DNA of 64,000 nt from an uncultured Candidatus Entotheonella sp. (GCA_965215335.1 CBDCDA010000001.1:1024001-1088000), one strand, 5' to 3'; positions 33,012-44,221 are shown, counted from the stretch's first letter. Numbers and translations are program-made. Notes: generated by a model from the sequence alone, not told the origin.

Positions 33012-34226
33012 ATGGCAATGTCGAAAACCGCCCTTGGCGGCATCCGCGTGCTGGACCTGGGGCGGTACCAGGCCGGACCCCGTATTGGCCTCGTTCTGGC
33101 CCGGCTGGGCGCCGAGGTAATCAAGGTCGAAGCGCCCGGCGGCGACGAGAGTCGCAAGAACGGGCCGTTCGTGCGCGGCCAGAGCGCCTACTGGGTGCAG
33201 TACAACAGCGGCAAGAAGAGTCTCGGCCTCAACCTGCGCACCGAATCGGGACTCGACATCGTGCGCCGCCTGGTCGAGGTCTCCGACGTGCTCATCCAGA
33301 ACTTCCGGCCCGGCACCATCGACGCCATGGGGCTTGGCTACGACCGGCTCAAGGAACTGAACCCCCGCCTCGTCATGGTCAACGTGTCGGCCTACGGGCA
33401 ATACGGCCCCTACCGCGACCGCATCGGCTTTGACCCCATCGGCCAAGCCATAAGCGGCATGATGTCCCTCACGGGCTTTCCCGGCAACCCGCCCACCCGC
33501 ACCTACAACCCCGTGATCGACCGCATCACCGCCCTGCACGGCGCCATCGGCACGCTGGCGGCCCTCCAGGAACGCCACGTGTCCGGCGCGGGCCAGTGCG
33601 TTGACGTGTGCCTGGCCGATACCGGCTTCAGCATGACGGAAATCCAGTGCGCCGCGTTTCTTGGCGAGGGCATCGTGCCGGAACGTACCGGCAACGGCCG
33701 CGGTCTGATGAATACCTACGAAACCCGCGATGGCTGGGTGCTCGTCGCCGCCATCAGCGACAATATCTGGCCGCGTTTGTGCGCGGCGATCGACGCCCCG
33801 GAGTGGGTAAACGACGCGCGCTTCAAGACGGTTGACGACCGCGGCCGAGCCTGGAAAGCCATCGAGGAGCGGCTGCGCACCTGGTTCGACAAACGCACGG
33901 CGCGGGAATCGGTGGATCGCCTGTCGGCCCTGGGCATTCCGATCAACGCCGTGAACGACGTGCCGGCCGCCGCCCGCGACCCCCAGTTGCACGAGCGCGA
34001 GCTGCTCGTAGAAGTCAGCGACCCCGTTGCCGGCACCATCCACGTCTCCGGCAAGAACATCAGACTGAGCCGCAGCGAAACGGTGGTGGGACCGGCGCCG
34101 CTGCCCGGTCAACACACCGAGGAAATCCTCACCGGACTGCTCGGCTGCACCCCGCAGGACCTCGACGGTCTGGAAGCCGCCGGCGCCGTGTATCGCCGCA
34201 CGCCGCAACCCGTGGATGGTGAATAG
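33012..34226 (+). CDS. CaiB/BaiF family III CoA-transferase
   Basis: LGGIRVLDL, LGAEVIKVE, GKKSL, QNFRPG, PLPGQHTEEIL. Confidence 0.9.
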   Translation: MAMSKTALGGIRVLDLGRYQAGPRIGLVLARLGAEVIKVEAPGGDESRKNGPFVRGQSAYWVQYNSGKKSLGLNLRTESGLDIVRRLVEVSDVLIQNFRPGTIDAMGLGYDRLKELNPRLVMVNVSAYGQYGPYRDRIGFDPIGQAISGMMSLTGFPGNPPTRTYNPVIDRITALHGAIGTLAALQERHVSGAGQCVDVCLADTGFSMTEIQCAAFLGEGIVPERTGNGRGLMNTYETRDGWVLVAAISDNIWPRLCAAIDAPEWVNDARFKTVDDRGRAWKAIEERLRTWFDKRTARESVDRLSALGIPINAVNDVPAAARDPQLHERELLVEVSDPVAGTIHVSGKNIRLSRSETVVGPAPLPGQHTEEILTGLLGCTPQDLDGLEAAGAVYRRTPQPVDGE

Positions 34227-34280
34227 GCCTTGCCTTTGCTATTCACTCTCCACCAACCCCTGCTTTGACGGGAGGTGGGC

Positions 34281-36350
34281 ATGAGAAGCTATCGCTATTC
34301 ACGCTGGGATGGGACGCAGGAATCGCTGCCGGTCGACGGTGACGACCTGATGGAAGCCATGGCGGACGATCTGGCGTCGCACGGCGACCTCCGCCAGGCA
34401 CTGCGCAATTTGATGCGGCGCGGCATGCAGGGGCGCATGGGCAGCGGCTTCGAAGGCATCCGGGAGATGGTGGAACGCCTCAAGCAGCAGAGCCGCGAGC
34501 GCCTGGAACGCTACAACTTGGCGTCGCTCGTGGATGAGTTGAAGAAGCGTCTGGAAGACATTATCCGACAGGAGAAGAAGGCGCTGAACCCCTCGCCGCA
34601 ACAGGGTCAACAGGGCGATGAGGCCGCTACTGGCTCTCAGGCATCCGGCGAGCCGGCGGATGGGGCCGGCCAACAGAGCGCCCAAGCGACATCCGCTGAA
34701 GTATCGGGCCAGGCCGGAAGCGGCGACAATCAGCAACGCCGCGCCTTCATGGATCGGCTGCCGGACGATTTCGCCGCCCGCGTCAAAGCCCTGCAGTCGT
34801 ACGATTTCGTCGATCCGCAGGCGCAGCAGGCCTTCGACGAGCTCATGGAGGCGCTCAAACGGCAGGCCATGGGCAACGCCATGCGCGACATGGCGCAGCG
34901 CTTTGCCGACATGGCGCCCGAGGAGCGCCAGCGCTTGAAGGAGATGATCGCCGACCTGAATCGCATGCTGGACCAGCAGGTGTGGGGCGAGCAGCCCGAT
35001 TTCGACGGCTTCATGCAGAAGTACGGCGACATGTTCGGCTCCAATCCGCCCCAGAGCCTGGAGGAACTGACCCAGCAGATGGCCTCGCAGATGGCGCAGA
35101 TGCAGTCGCTCTTCAACAGCCTGCCGGAGGACCTGCGGCAGGAACTCCAGGAGATGCTCAGCGCCGCCTTCGAGGACGAGGAGTTGGCAGCCGAACTGGC
35201 GGAATTGCAGGCCAACCTCGACTTCCTTGCCGCCGATGAGCGACCTTCCTACGAATTCAGCGGCGATACCGACGTGCCCCTGGAACAGGCCATGCAACTG
35301 ATGGACGATCTCCAGAAGGTCGATGACCTGCAAAAGCAGCTGCAAGACGTGGGCAAGACCGGCTCCCTGCAGGACGTCGATGCCGAAACGCTGGAAGCCA
35401 TCCTTGGCCCCGAGGGGCGCCAGGAATTGGAGAAACTGCGCGAGCTCGAGCGTCGCCTTGAAGAAGCCGGCTACCTGAAGCGCCAGGGCGAGCGCCTCGA
35501 ATTGACCGCCAAGGGCGTGCGCAGGATCGGCGCCAAAGTGCTACGCGACATCTTCAACCGACTCGAGATCGGCCGCCACGGCGGGCACCGCACCGACCGG
35601 CGCGGTATCGGCAGCGAGGCGCGGCTCGATACCAAGCCCTACGAGTACGGCGACCCCTTCAGCCTGCATTTGCAGCAGAGCCTGATGAACGCCGTGCAGC
35701 GCCAGGGCAAGGGCGCCCCGGTGCGCCTTCTGCCTGAGGATTTCGAGGTGTACCGGGAGGAGAACCTGAACCAGTGCTCGACCGTCCTGATGCTGGACCA
35801 GAGCCGCTCGATGGGGCTGAACGGCTGCTTCGACGCCGCCAAGAAGGTGGCGCTGGCGCTGCACAGCCTGATCAGGATGCAGTATCCGAAGGACAACCTG
35901 CACGTCATCGGATTCGCCGAGTACGCCAGCGAGCTGCGGCACGAAGACATCCCGTCGTCGTCCTGGGGCAGCTACTATCCCGGCACCAACATGCACCACG
36001 CCCTGATGATCGCCCGGCGGCTGCTGTCGCGCTCGCGGCACGGCCAGCGGCAGGTGCTGATGGTCACCGACGGCGAGCCCACCGCCCACCTGGAGCAGAG
36101 CCTCGCCTACTTCAACTACCCCCCCACCTGGCGCACCATCGAGCAGACGCTGCAGGAGGTCAGGCGCTGCACCCGCGAGGGCATCGTGATCAATACGTTC
36201 ATGATGGAGCAGGATCCGTACCTGATGCGCTTCGTGCAGGAAATCACCAGGATCAACCGCGGGCGGGCATTTTTCTCCTCCCCCGGCCACCTGGGGCAGT
36301 ACGTCGTCACCGACTACCTCAACAACAAGCGTCGCCGGCGTATCGCCTGA
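34281..36350 (+). CDS. VWA-domain protein with long helical N-terminal region
   Basis: YRYSRWDGTQ start, MIDAS DQSRSM, GTNMHH, VTDGEPTAH. Confidence 0.85.
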   Translation: MRSYRYSRWDGTQESLPVDGDDLMEAMADDLASHGDLRQALRNLMRRGMQGRMGSGFEGIREMVERLKQQSRERLERYNLASLVDELKKRLEDIIRQEKKALNPSPQQGQQGDEAATGSQASGEPADGAGQQSAQATSAEVSGQAGSGDNQQRRAFMDRLPDDFAARVKALQSYDFVDPQAQQAFDELMEALKRQAMGNAMRDMAQRFADMAPEERQRLKEMIADLNRMLDQQVWGEQPDFDGFMQKYGDMFGSNPPQSLEELTQQMASQMAQMQSLFNSLPEDLRQELQEMLSAAFEDEELAAELAELQANLDFLAADERPSYEFSGDTDVPLEQAMQLMDDLQKVDDLQKQLQDVGKTGSLQDVDAETLEAILGPEGRQELEKLRELERRLEEAGYLKRQGERLELTAKGVRRIGAKVLRDIFNRLEIGRHGGHRTDRRGIGSEARLDTKPYEYGDPFSLHLQQSLMNAVQRQGKGAPVRLLPEDFEVYREENLNQCSTVLMLDQSRSMGLNGCFDAAKKVALALHSLIRMQYPKDNLHVIGFAEYASELRHEDIPSSSWGSYYPGTNMHHALMIARRLLSRSRHGQRQVLMVTDGEPTAHLEQSLAYFNYPPTWRTIEQTLQEVRRCTREGIVINTFMMEQDPYLMRFVQEITRINRGRAFFSSPGHLGQYVVTDYLNNKRRRRIA

Positions 36351-36356
36351 GCGGCC

Positions 36357-37352
36357 TTAACGGATCCTCCCCTCGATGTGGGTCAGGGTGAAGGTGCTGC
36401 CCGGTTTGCGAGGGTAGACGATCATGCGGGCGCGGGACAGGGTCTTCTCCACCATTTCCAGCCACAAACGCTCCTTCGACACCTGCGGCGAGGTGCGCAC
36501 CTGCTCGGCCAGCTTGAGGAAGCGCTGCGCGGTGCCGTGGGCCGCGCTGACCACCTCGCTGCGGTAAATCTCCGCTTCCTGCCGAACCCGGTGCGCCTGG
36601 GCGCGGGCGCGTGGCAGCAGGTCCTTGGCGTAGCCGTCGGCGACGTTCATGAGCCGCTGACGGTCCGCCTTGGCGCTGGATACGTCGTTGAAGGCGGCGA
36701 TGACGTTCGGCGGCGGGTTGTCCTCGACGATGTTCACCGACACCACCTGCACGCCCAGCCCCATGGCATCGACCAGTTCCTGGATCGATACCCGCGATTC
36801 CTCCTGGATGCGCGCCTTGCCGCTGGACAGCACGTCGTCGACCTTCATGCGCGCCACCAGGAAGGTCAAGACACTCTCGGCGGCCTTGCGCAGCGCCACG
36901 TCCCGTGGCTGGCCGTCGCTGAAATCGGCGACGCGAAACAGGTAATCGACCGGCGACTTGATGATGTACTGGATGACCGTCTGCATCTCGACGATGTTGG
37001 TATCGCCGGTCAACCATTGCACCTCTTCTTCCGCTGCGGCGACGCCGGGTTGCGTATCCTCCTGATAGCTGAAGCCGACGGACATGGTGCGCACCTCGGT
37101 GGTGCGTACGAGGCGCATGATTTCCAGCGGGTACGGCAGGATGAAGTGCATGCCCGCCGGCAGGATGCTGCGCACGCGGCCGAAACGCAGCACGACGCCT
37201 TGCTCGTTCTGCTGCACCACCCAGACGCCGGTGACGGCCGTGTGGGCGATGAGGGCGACGAGCACAAGCGGCACCAGGTACCAGCCACGCAGCCGCACGC
37301 CGAAGCGGCGGCCGGCGCCGTTGTCAGCCGATGGCGTGGTGCTGGGCGTCAT
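36357..37352 (-). CDS. hflK: HflK-like SPFH protein
   Basis: N-terminal TM, GVVLRFG, LTGDTNIV, PPNVIAAFNDV, ERLWLE. Confidence 0.82.
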   Translation of the reverse strand: MTPSTTPSADNGAGRRFGVRLRGWYLVPLVLVALIAHTAVTGVWVVQQNEQGVVLRFGRVRSILPAGMHFILPYPLEIMRLVRTTEVRTMSVGFSYQEDTQPGVAAAEEEVQWLTGDTNIVEMQTVIQYIIKSPVDYLFRVADFSDGQPRDVALRKAAESVLTFLVARMKVDDVLSSGKARIQEESRVSIQELVDAMGLGVQVVSVNIVEDNPPPNVIAAFNDVSSAKADRQRLMNVADGYAKDLLPRARAQAHRVRQEAEIYRSEVVSAAHGTAQRFLKLAEQVRTSPQVSKERLWLEMVEKTLSRARMIVYPRKPGSTFTLTHIEGRIR

Positions 37353-38311
37353 TGGGCGGCTCCTTCCTGCTGTTCCGTCAGGCGCTTCAGGCCATCGACG
37401 GCATCACCGACGCGCTCCGGCGCGACGGTGCCGGACGGCATCGGCGTCTGCAGCACCCTGAGCAACTCGGCGTCGCTCGGCACCACGATGGTCGAGCTCT
37501 CACCGATGATGTTCTGATAGGCCTCCAGCGAGCGCACGAACTCGAAGAATTCCGGGTCCTGGCCGAACGCCTCGGCGTAAATGCGGGTGGCCTCGGCGTC
37601 GGCCTCGCCGCGAATCTCCTCGGCCTGGCGGCGCGCCTCGTTCAGCAGCACGGCCTCCTCGCGGTCGGCGCTGGCGCGGATTTTTTCGGCCTCTTCCTCG
37701 CCCTCGGAGCGGTACAGCCGCGCGATGCGCTGGCGCTCGGCCTCCATGCGGCGGAACACCGCCTGCTTGTTCTGCGGCGGAAAATTGAGACGCTTGACGC
37801 GCACCGCGGCGATGTGCACGCCAAAGCTGTCGCTGGCGCGCTGCGCGGTCTTGCGGGTGATGTCGCGCATCACGTCGGCCATCGTCTGGTCCTGATCCTC
37901 GGTCGAAACCAGGGCCGACAGCGGGTACGCGCCGAGCGTCGTGCCGACCTCCGAGCGCATGATGTCCGTCAGCCGCGCCTCGGCGCTGGTCTTGTCGGTG
38001 AGGCTGACCAAGTAGCGCAGCGGGTCGGCCACCGACCAGACGAGAAAGCTGCTCACCAGGATGTTCTTCTTGTCCGAAGTCAGGTACTCGCCGGGCTCGG
38101 GATCGAGCACGTTGGCGCGCCGGTCGATGCGCAACAGGGTCTCGATGGGCGGCGGCCACTTGAAGTGCAGGCCAGCCTGGTCGATCACCCGCCGCGGGTC
38201 GCCGAAGCGCGCCACAATGACGTACTCGGTTTCCTGTACCTGGAAGGTGCCCGCGACGGTAACGAGGGCCATCACGACCACCACGCCAATCACGATGAAA
38301 ACGCTTCGCAT
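37349..38311 (-). CDS. hflC: HflC-like SPFH protein
   Basis: LTSDKKNI, VFRRMEAERQRIA..YRSEGEE, DPEFFEFVRSLEAY. Confidence 0.88.
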   Translation of the reverse strand: MRSVFIVIGVVVVMALVTVAGTFQVQETEYVIVARFGDPRRVIDQAGLHFKWPPPIETLLRIDRRANVLDPEPGEYLTSDKKNILVSSFLVWSVADPLRYLVSLTDKTSAEARLTDIMRSEVGTTLGAYPLSALVSTEDQDQTMADVMRDITRKTAQRASDSFGVHIAAVRVKRLNFPPQNKQAVFRRMEAERQRIARLYRSEGEEEAEKIRASADREEAVLLNEARRQAEEIRGEADAEATRIYAEAFGQDPEFFEFVRSLEAYQNIIGESSTIVVPSDAELLRVLQTPMPSGTVAPERVGDAVDGLKRLTEQQEGAAQ

Positions 38312-38341
38312 GTCATTGACCTCCCACGGATCTCGCCACGT

Positions 38342-40447
38342 TCACCTTCCGTCACGAATGTTCCACAGATCGACCTCGACGTCATCGCCCAGCAGGAACA
38401 GCCCCTTGACGCCCTGCAAGGCGCTCTCGACGGTATCGAAGTACAATCGCTGCCGGGTCAGCGCCTCGTTGTTGCGGTAAGCGTCCAGGCGCGACACGAA
38501 GGCCGCCCCCTGCCCTTGCGCCGCGTTGAGCTTCTCGCTTTGGAAGCTCCGCGCCTCCTGGAGCAGGGAAAAGGCTTCGGCACGCGCCGAAGCCAGGGTT
38601 TCGGAGTGGTAACCCTCGGCCTGCCGGATTTTGCGCTCGCGGTCCTCCAGCGAGCTGGCGACGTCACGAAACGCCTCGTGCACGGCAGGCGGGGCGTGGG
38701 CGTCGAGCAGGTTCAGGGCCACCACGCGCACGCCGCTGCCAACGGCGTCGAGCTCGGCTTGCAGGGTAGCCAGAACCTCCTGCTCGATGGCGGCCCGGTC
38801 GGTCACCAGGACCTCCGACGACGAGCGCCGCGCCACCGTCTGACGCATGGCCCACTCGGCAAAGGTGCGCACCACCGCAGCGGGATCGGCCACCCGGTAA
38901 CGATAGGCGTAAGGTTCGGCGACGCTGAAGTGGACGGTGTGGAACAGGCTGAGAATGCTTTCCTCGCCGCTCATCACCTGGGCAGCGTCGATCGACTCCT
39001 CACCATCGGAGCGTTCGATGTCGATGCGGTTGGCCGCCCGCCGAAAGCCCTGGTCGAGGCTGCGCACGTCGTCGGTACGCAGCCGGGTGACGCGGTCGAC
39101 CGGCAGCGGCAGGTGGGCGTACAGGCCGGGGATGTCCAGCGTGCGCACGACGCGCCCGAAGCGCACCACCCAGGCAGCCTCGCCCGGTCCGACCACGGAA
39201 AACGCCGTGGAGACGTACAGTGCCACGACAACGATCAGGGCGGCCACTCGGAAGGCGGGGGACAGGGGGTCGAATCCCAGCGGCGCGCAGAAATCCCGCA
39301 CGCGCTGGACCATATACGGCCCCAGGCGCAGGCGCACCGTGCTGAACACCAGCAGGTAGACGAACAGGACCGTAGCGGCGATGTTGACGGGCGACAAGCC
39401 GCTTTCCACCACCTGGGCGACAATCGCGGCGAGGTCCACCGCGAAATGGCTGTAGACGGCGTTGATCAGCAGACCCAGCAGCAGGGCGCTGCCGGTCACC
39501 CCGATCAGGTGCAGCACCAGAACCCGCCGGCCCAGCAGGCGCGCGATGATGGCGATGGTGGTGGCGTTGGTCGCCGGCCCCACCAGCAGCAACACCAGCG
39601 CGGCGCCGGGGTCCAGACCCTTGGCAATCAGGGTGGCCGCCACCGGCGTGGCGGCGGCGGCGCAGATGTACATCGGTGTGCCGATCAGCAGCATCAGCAC
39701 CGACGACACGAACCCGGCAGGGATGATGGAGCCGAAGAAATCATCGGGAACGACAATGGCGATCAGTCCGGACACCAGCAGACCGATGATCAGCCACACC
39801 GTCAGGTCGTCCAGCAGCGGCCCGAAGGCGTAGGCCGTCGAATCCCGCGCCACTTCCTTGACGGAGCGTTTCCCGACCCCACCCGGCGTGTATACCGCGC
39901 TATGGTCGTGCCCGTGATCGTGCGTGAGGTCGTGAGGCGCACCGGGCGATAGCTCGCTGTCGCCGTCCAAACCGCGCCGCACCACGAAGTTGACCACCGA
40001 GCCGGTGAACACCGCGGTGGCGAACGCTCCCAGCGGGCGCGCCACCGTCATGATGGGATCGAGCAGCGCATACGTAATCCCAATGGAGTCCAACCCCGTC
40101 TCGGGCGTGGAGATCAGGAAGGACGTCGTCGCCCCCTTGCTCGCCCCGCTGCGCCGCAGCGACGTCGCTACCGGCAGCACAGAGCACGAGCACAACGGCA
40201 GCGGAATGCCGAACAGGGACGCCAGGGTCACCGACTTGAAGCGGTTCTCGCCAAGGTGCTTGTAGACCTTGTCCTCCGGCACCACCGCCTTCAGCAAACC
40301 GGCCAGCGCGAACCCGATCAACAGATACGGCGCCGACTCCGCCACCAGCGTCAGCATCACGTCAAAGTAGTCGTTCCACAGAAACCAGCAGACACCGATG
40401 CCGATAATGCAAATGCCAAGGGTAATCCCGTGCCGTCGCCAAGGCAT
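38342..40447 (-). CDS. DUF318/ArsP-like (SO_0444-type) metal permease fused to a C-terminal HflK-like SPFH domain
   Basis: PLPLCSCSVLP, STPETGLDS, His-rich HDLTHDHGHDH and PMYICAAAATP, then VVRFGR...HAPPAVHEAFRDVASS. Confidence 0.82.
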   Translation of the reverse strand: MPWRRHGITLGICIIGIGVCWFLWNDYFDVMLTLVAESAPYLLIGFALAGLLKAVVPEDKVYKHLGENRFKSVTLASLFGIPLPLCSCSVLPVATSLRRSGASKGATTSFLISTPETGLDSIGITYALLDPIMTVARPLGAFATAVFTGSVVNFVVRRGLDGDSELSPGAPHDLTHDHGHDHSAVYTPGGVGKRSVKEVARDSTAYAFGPLLDDLTVWLIIGLLVSGLIAIVVPDDFFGSIIPAGFVSSVLMLLIGTPMYICAAAATPVAATLIAKGLDPGAALVLLLVGPATNATTIAIIARLLGRRVLVLHLIGVTGSALLLGLLINAVYSHFAVDLAAIVAQVVESGLSPVNIAATVLFVYLLVFSTVRLRLGPYMVQRVRDFCAPLGFDPLSPAFRVAALIVVVALYVSTAFSVVGPGEAAWVVRFGRVVRTLDIPGLYAHLPLPVDRVTRLRTDDVRSLDQGFRRAANRIDIERSDGEESIDAAQVMSGEESILSLFHTVHFSVAEPYAYRYRVADPAAVVRTFAEWAMRQTVARRSSSEVLVTDRAAIEQEVLATLQAELDAVGSGVRVVALNLLDAHAPPAVHEAFRDVASSLEDRERKIRQAEGYHSETLASARAEAFSLLQEARSFQSEKLNAAQGQGAAFVSRLDAYRNNEALTRQRLYFDTVESALQGVKGLFLLGDDVEVDLWNIRDGR

Positions 40448-40573
40448 AACAGTTCCTCCTTTGGGCTAACGGTCCTTGTGCTGCCATACCGGCCAGCCAT
40501 TCCGAACTCAGCAGACATTGCGCATTCTATAGGCATGATGACTAGAATGACAATTTCAAATGCGAGAGACATA

Positions 40574-42324
40574 TTGATGGTACGATCCTTTCCATGTAAT
40601 CGAAGGAGGCACTATGGGACAGGTACTTCACGGCAGCACCACGACTACGCACGCCGTCAGAAAAGGGCGAAAGCGAAACACCGTCGAAGACCACAAGACA
40701 GGACCCGGACAACCGCGCTCGACACTTCTCAGCGAGGACGAGGAAGCCCTCATCATAGCCTTCCGCCGCCACTCGAGACTGCCTCCATGCGCTCAAACCG
40801 ACCCTCCCGCATCTCACCCGTTCGTCACTCCATCGCTGCCTGAGGCGTCATGACATCAGCCGCCTGCCATTCGAAGAGAGCGACAAACCCGAAAGGAAGC
40901 GCTTTAGGCTCAGGACCTATAAAGGGTTATCATTGGTCATGCAGGATTCAAGACCCTGACTTCATAAGGAGGTTCATCATGCCCGATCACTGCTTCTGGC
41001 TATCCGACGTGCAGTTTGCCCGCCTGAAACCCCTGCTACCCAACAAGGTGCGGGGGGTCCCACGCGTCGATGACCGAAAAGTCATCAGCGGCATCATCCA
41101 CGTCATTCGATACGGTCTGATGTGGCGCCACGCGCCCGCCTGCTACGGTCCCCACAAGACGCTCTACAACCGCTTCGTGCGCTGGAGCAAGGCCGGTGTC
41201 TTCGACCGCATCTTCCAAACCTTGGCCGCCGACAGCACGGCCACCGAGACCGTCATGATCGACAGCACGCATCTCAAGGCGCATCGCACCGCTGCCAGCC
41301 TGCTTGAGGGGGGGCTTTTCCGCGTCATATCGGGCGTACCCGAGGCGGCCTCAACTCGAAACTTCACGCCGTCTGCGACGGCGACGGCAAGCCCGTCGTC
41401 ATGGTGTTGACTGCGGGCCAGGTCAGCGACTATCGCGGGGCAGACATGGCGCTGCCCGCATTGCCGGAGGCCGACGTGCTGATTGCCGACAAGGGTTATG
41501 ACAGCAACCGGCTGCGCAAGGCGCTTGCCGAGCGCAAGATCAAGCCCTGTATTCCAGGCCGTGCCAATCGTAAAGAGCCGATTGTCTACGACACGGAGCT
41601 TTACAAGAGCCGTAATCTCATCGAGCGCCTGTTCGGTCGTCTCAAGGATTGGCGTCGCATCGCCACGCGCTATGACCGGTGTGCGCACACCTTTTTCAGT
41701 GCCATCTGCCTTGCTGCCACGGTCATCTTCTGGATATGAGTCCTGAACCTAGGCGCTACCCTATCGGCTATTTCCATATCGACATCGCCGAACTGCGCAC
41801 CGCCGAGGGCAAACTCCATCGGTTCATCGCCATCGACCGGACCTCGAAGTTCGCCTTCGCCATACTGGTGGAACGCGCCACCACGAAAGGAGCGGCAGCA
41901 TTCCTGGACGACCTGGTTGCAGCCGTGCCCTGCCAGGTCCATACGGTGCTGACCGACATCGAGTTTGCCGATCTTGCCCGGAACCGAAGCGGCGCTACGG
42001 CGCGCTTGCGCGGTCACCTGTTCGAGCGGGCGTGTCGGCGACATGGGATCGAGCACCGTCTGACACAGCCCAACCATCCGTGGACCAACGCTCAGACCGA
42101 GCGCCTGAACCGCACGGTCAAGGAGGCCACCGTCAAGCGTTTCCACGACGAGAGTCATGCCCGACTACGCCGCCACCTGGATGATTTTCTGTCGGCCTAC
42201 AACTTCGCGCGGCGTCTCAAGACCCTCCGGGGCTTCACGCCCTACGAATACATCTGCAAGGTCTGAACATCGAAGCCGCAAAGATTCAAAATCAATCCAT
42301 ACCATCAAATCACGGGACTATACA
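40574..42324 (+). mobile_element. IS481-family element remnant, interrupted by IS5 and internally deleted
   Basis: MGQVLHGSTTTT start at 40614. After the IS5: RRYPIGYFHIDIAE...HPWTNAQTERLNRTVKEATV. Partial TIR TTGATGGTA / TACCATCAA. Right end GGGACTATACA. Confidence 0.85.
40907..41749 (+). mobile_element. IS5-family (IS427-group) element, copy 1; two-ORF transposase 40979-41739
   Basis: TIRs GGCTCAGGAC / GTCCTGAACC with TA duplication. GVPRVDDRKVISGI, MIDST, ADKGYDS, IERLFGRLKDWRRIATRYD. Confidence 0.93.
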
Positions 42325-42513
42325 CCTAGCACATCAGACGCAGCAATCGCTCAAGCTCAACCCGTCCTTGGCGCCTTGAGCGCCGGGCGACCATGCGTCT
42401 TGAGCCGAGGCACTTGGCGTGTCTGCCGCTAGGCACACACGTGACAGGCCCGACAAAAGGCTATCGCCAACACGCCAAACAACGTCTCCAAGCGCTCGCC
42501 AATTCGCAACGGC

Positions 42514-42702
42514 ATGATGGAACTGTCCGGGGTCGGCGCGTGGGTCCTCACCCTGATGGCGCTCTACGTCCTGGCGATCGGGGCCGGCCTGGTCGTGCTG
42601 CCGGTGCTTGCCGGGCGGCGGGCGCGTGCCGGCGGGCTCTTTCGCTACCCGTTGACGGTACGCTTCCTGAAAGAGCGCCGGCGCGGGAAGGTGAAGCCTT
42701 GA
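42514..42702 (+). CDS. Small membrane protein translationally coupled to traD-like gene
   Basis: 62 aa with a hydrophobic segment. Its stop overlaps the next TTG start (TTGA). Confidence 0.5.
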   Translation: MMELSGVGAWVLTLMALYVLAIGAGLVVLPVLAGRRARAGGLFRYPLTVRFLKERRRGKVKP

Positions 42703-44187
42703 GATTGGCGCCTGGAAGAGAAGTCGGTTTCCTGGTGTCCGCGGTGCTGGCCAGTGTCGTGGCCCTGGTGCCGGTGGCCGACCTGGGGTTCGTCCTGGAC
42801 GAGCGGCTCGTGAGCATCGCGGCGGGGATCGCCGGGTTCTGGGTCTTCGTGCGGCTCGGCATGGTGTTGCGGGCGCGGGCGTGGTGGGGCGGCTGGAGGC
42901 GGTCGCCGCCGTGGGTCATCGAGGCGGCGGATCTGCCGCGCGAAGAACGTCGCACGGGCCGGCTGCCGAGGTGCCTCGTGCCGGCGAAAGACAAGGGCAT
43001 TCTGATCGGGCGGGGGTTCCAGTGGACGCCGCAGCACACCCAGGACCTCGAAAGCTTCATGCGCGACGGCGCCAGGCCGTTGCCGACGGGCACCGACGCG
43101 CGCGGCGGCTACCCGGCTCTGCACGCCGTGGGGATGGCGCAGGAGCGCCCGGTGGTGCTGCCGTTCAGCGAGCTGGTCGGGCACGTGCTCATCGGCGGCA
43201 CGACGCGAAGCGGCAAGACGCGCTTGCTGGAGGTGATCGTCTGCGAAGCGATCCGGGCGCCGGGCACGGTGGTGGTCATCGATCCCAAGGGCGACGCCGA
43301 CCTGCTCGTCCGGGCGGCGTCGCAGGCGCGTCGCCTGGGCCGCGAGTTCCGCTTCTTCAGCCCGGCGTTTCCGCACGCCTCGAAGAGCTTCAACCCGTTT
43401 TCGACGTGCGAGACCACCACCGAACTGGCGGCGCGGGTGCAGGCGCTGGTGCCGGGCGGCGGGGCGATGGCCCGGGACCCGTTCTTCACCGAATACCCGC
43501 TGGCGATCATCGAGCGCCTGGGTGCGGCGCAGGCGGCGGTGGGCGACAAGTGGAGCATCGAGGGGCTCAATGCGGTCACCACCCTGGTGCCGCATCGACG
43601 CCCTGAACAAGGGCGGCGGCGCGAAGGCGCGCTTCCTGCTGGCGATGCAGAGTCTGGCGGACCCGGAGTCGGCGATGGGTCGCGACGGGGCGCAGCGGGT
43701 TCTGGACAACCTGAACACGCGCATCTGGTTCCGGTTGACGGACGACCGCACGGCGAAGGTGGCGACCGAGGGCCTGGGGTTCACCCACGTGGAGTTCGAG
43801 GAGGCGGGTCACAGCCTGAGCTTCGGCGGCGTCGGCGGCCTGGTGGGCAACACCAGCGCGCGGCTGTCGCGGGTGGAAAAGCCGCTGATCCGCGCGGAAT
43901 GGCTGACGGCGATGCCGAGGGGCGAGTTCCTGTTGCGGTTGCGGGGCGAGAACTGGAAGGTTCGGGTGCCGCTGTTGCGGCCCGTTTCCAGGGAGGAACG
44001 GCGCGCGGTAGCCGAGCAGTACGAGTTGGGGGAGGTCCTGGGCGAGCTTCAGGAAAGCGGAGCCGGGCGCGGGCGTGCCGTCGAGCCGGTCTGCGGGGGT
44101 ATCCCGGAGGCGCCGCCGGGTCGCAACGGCAGGACGGAGGACGACCAGGAAGCGGTGGCGGCGGGGGCGACGTGGCTGGCGTGCTGA
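42699..44187 (+). pseudogene. TraD-like type IV coupling protein with internal deletion/frameshift near 43590
   Basis: Two N-terminal TMs, GYPALHAVG, Walker A GGTTRSGKT and VIDPKGD. A second frame carries LNKGGGA...QSLAD...DNLNTRIWFR. The central region with the DE motif is missing. Confidence 0.8.
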
Positions 44188-44221
44188 GCGGGTGGGCGCA
44201 TTCATCGGGAGGCGGCGGATC

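Noticed and set aside
42330..42510. Possible oriT upstream of the traD-like gene
   Set aside because: Only short CGCCAA repeats are visible, with no convincing inverted repeat plus nick motif.
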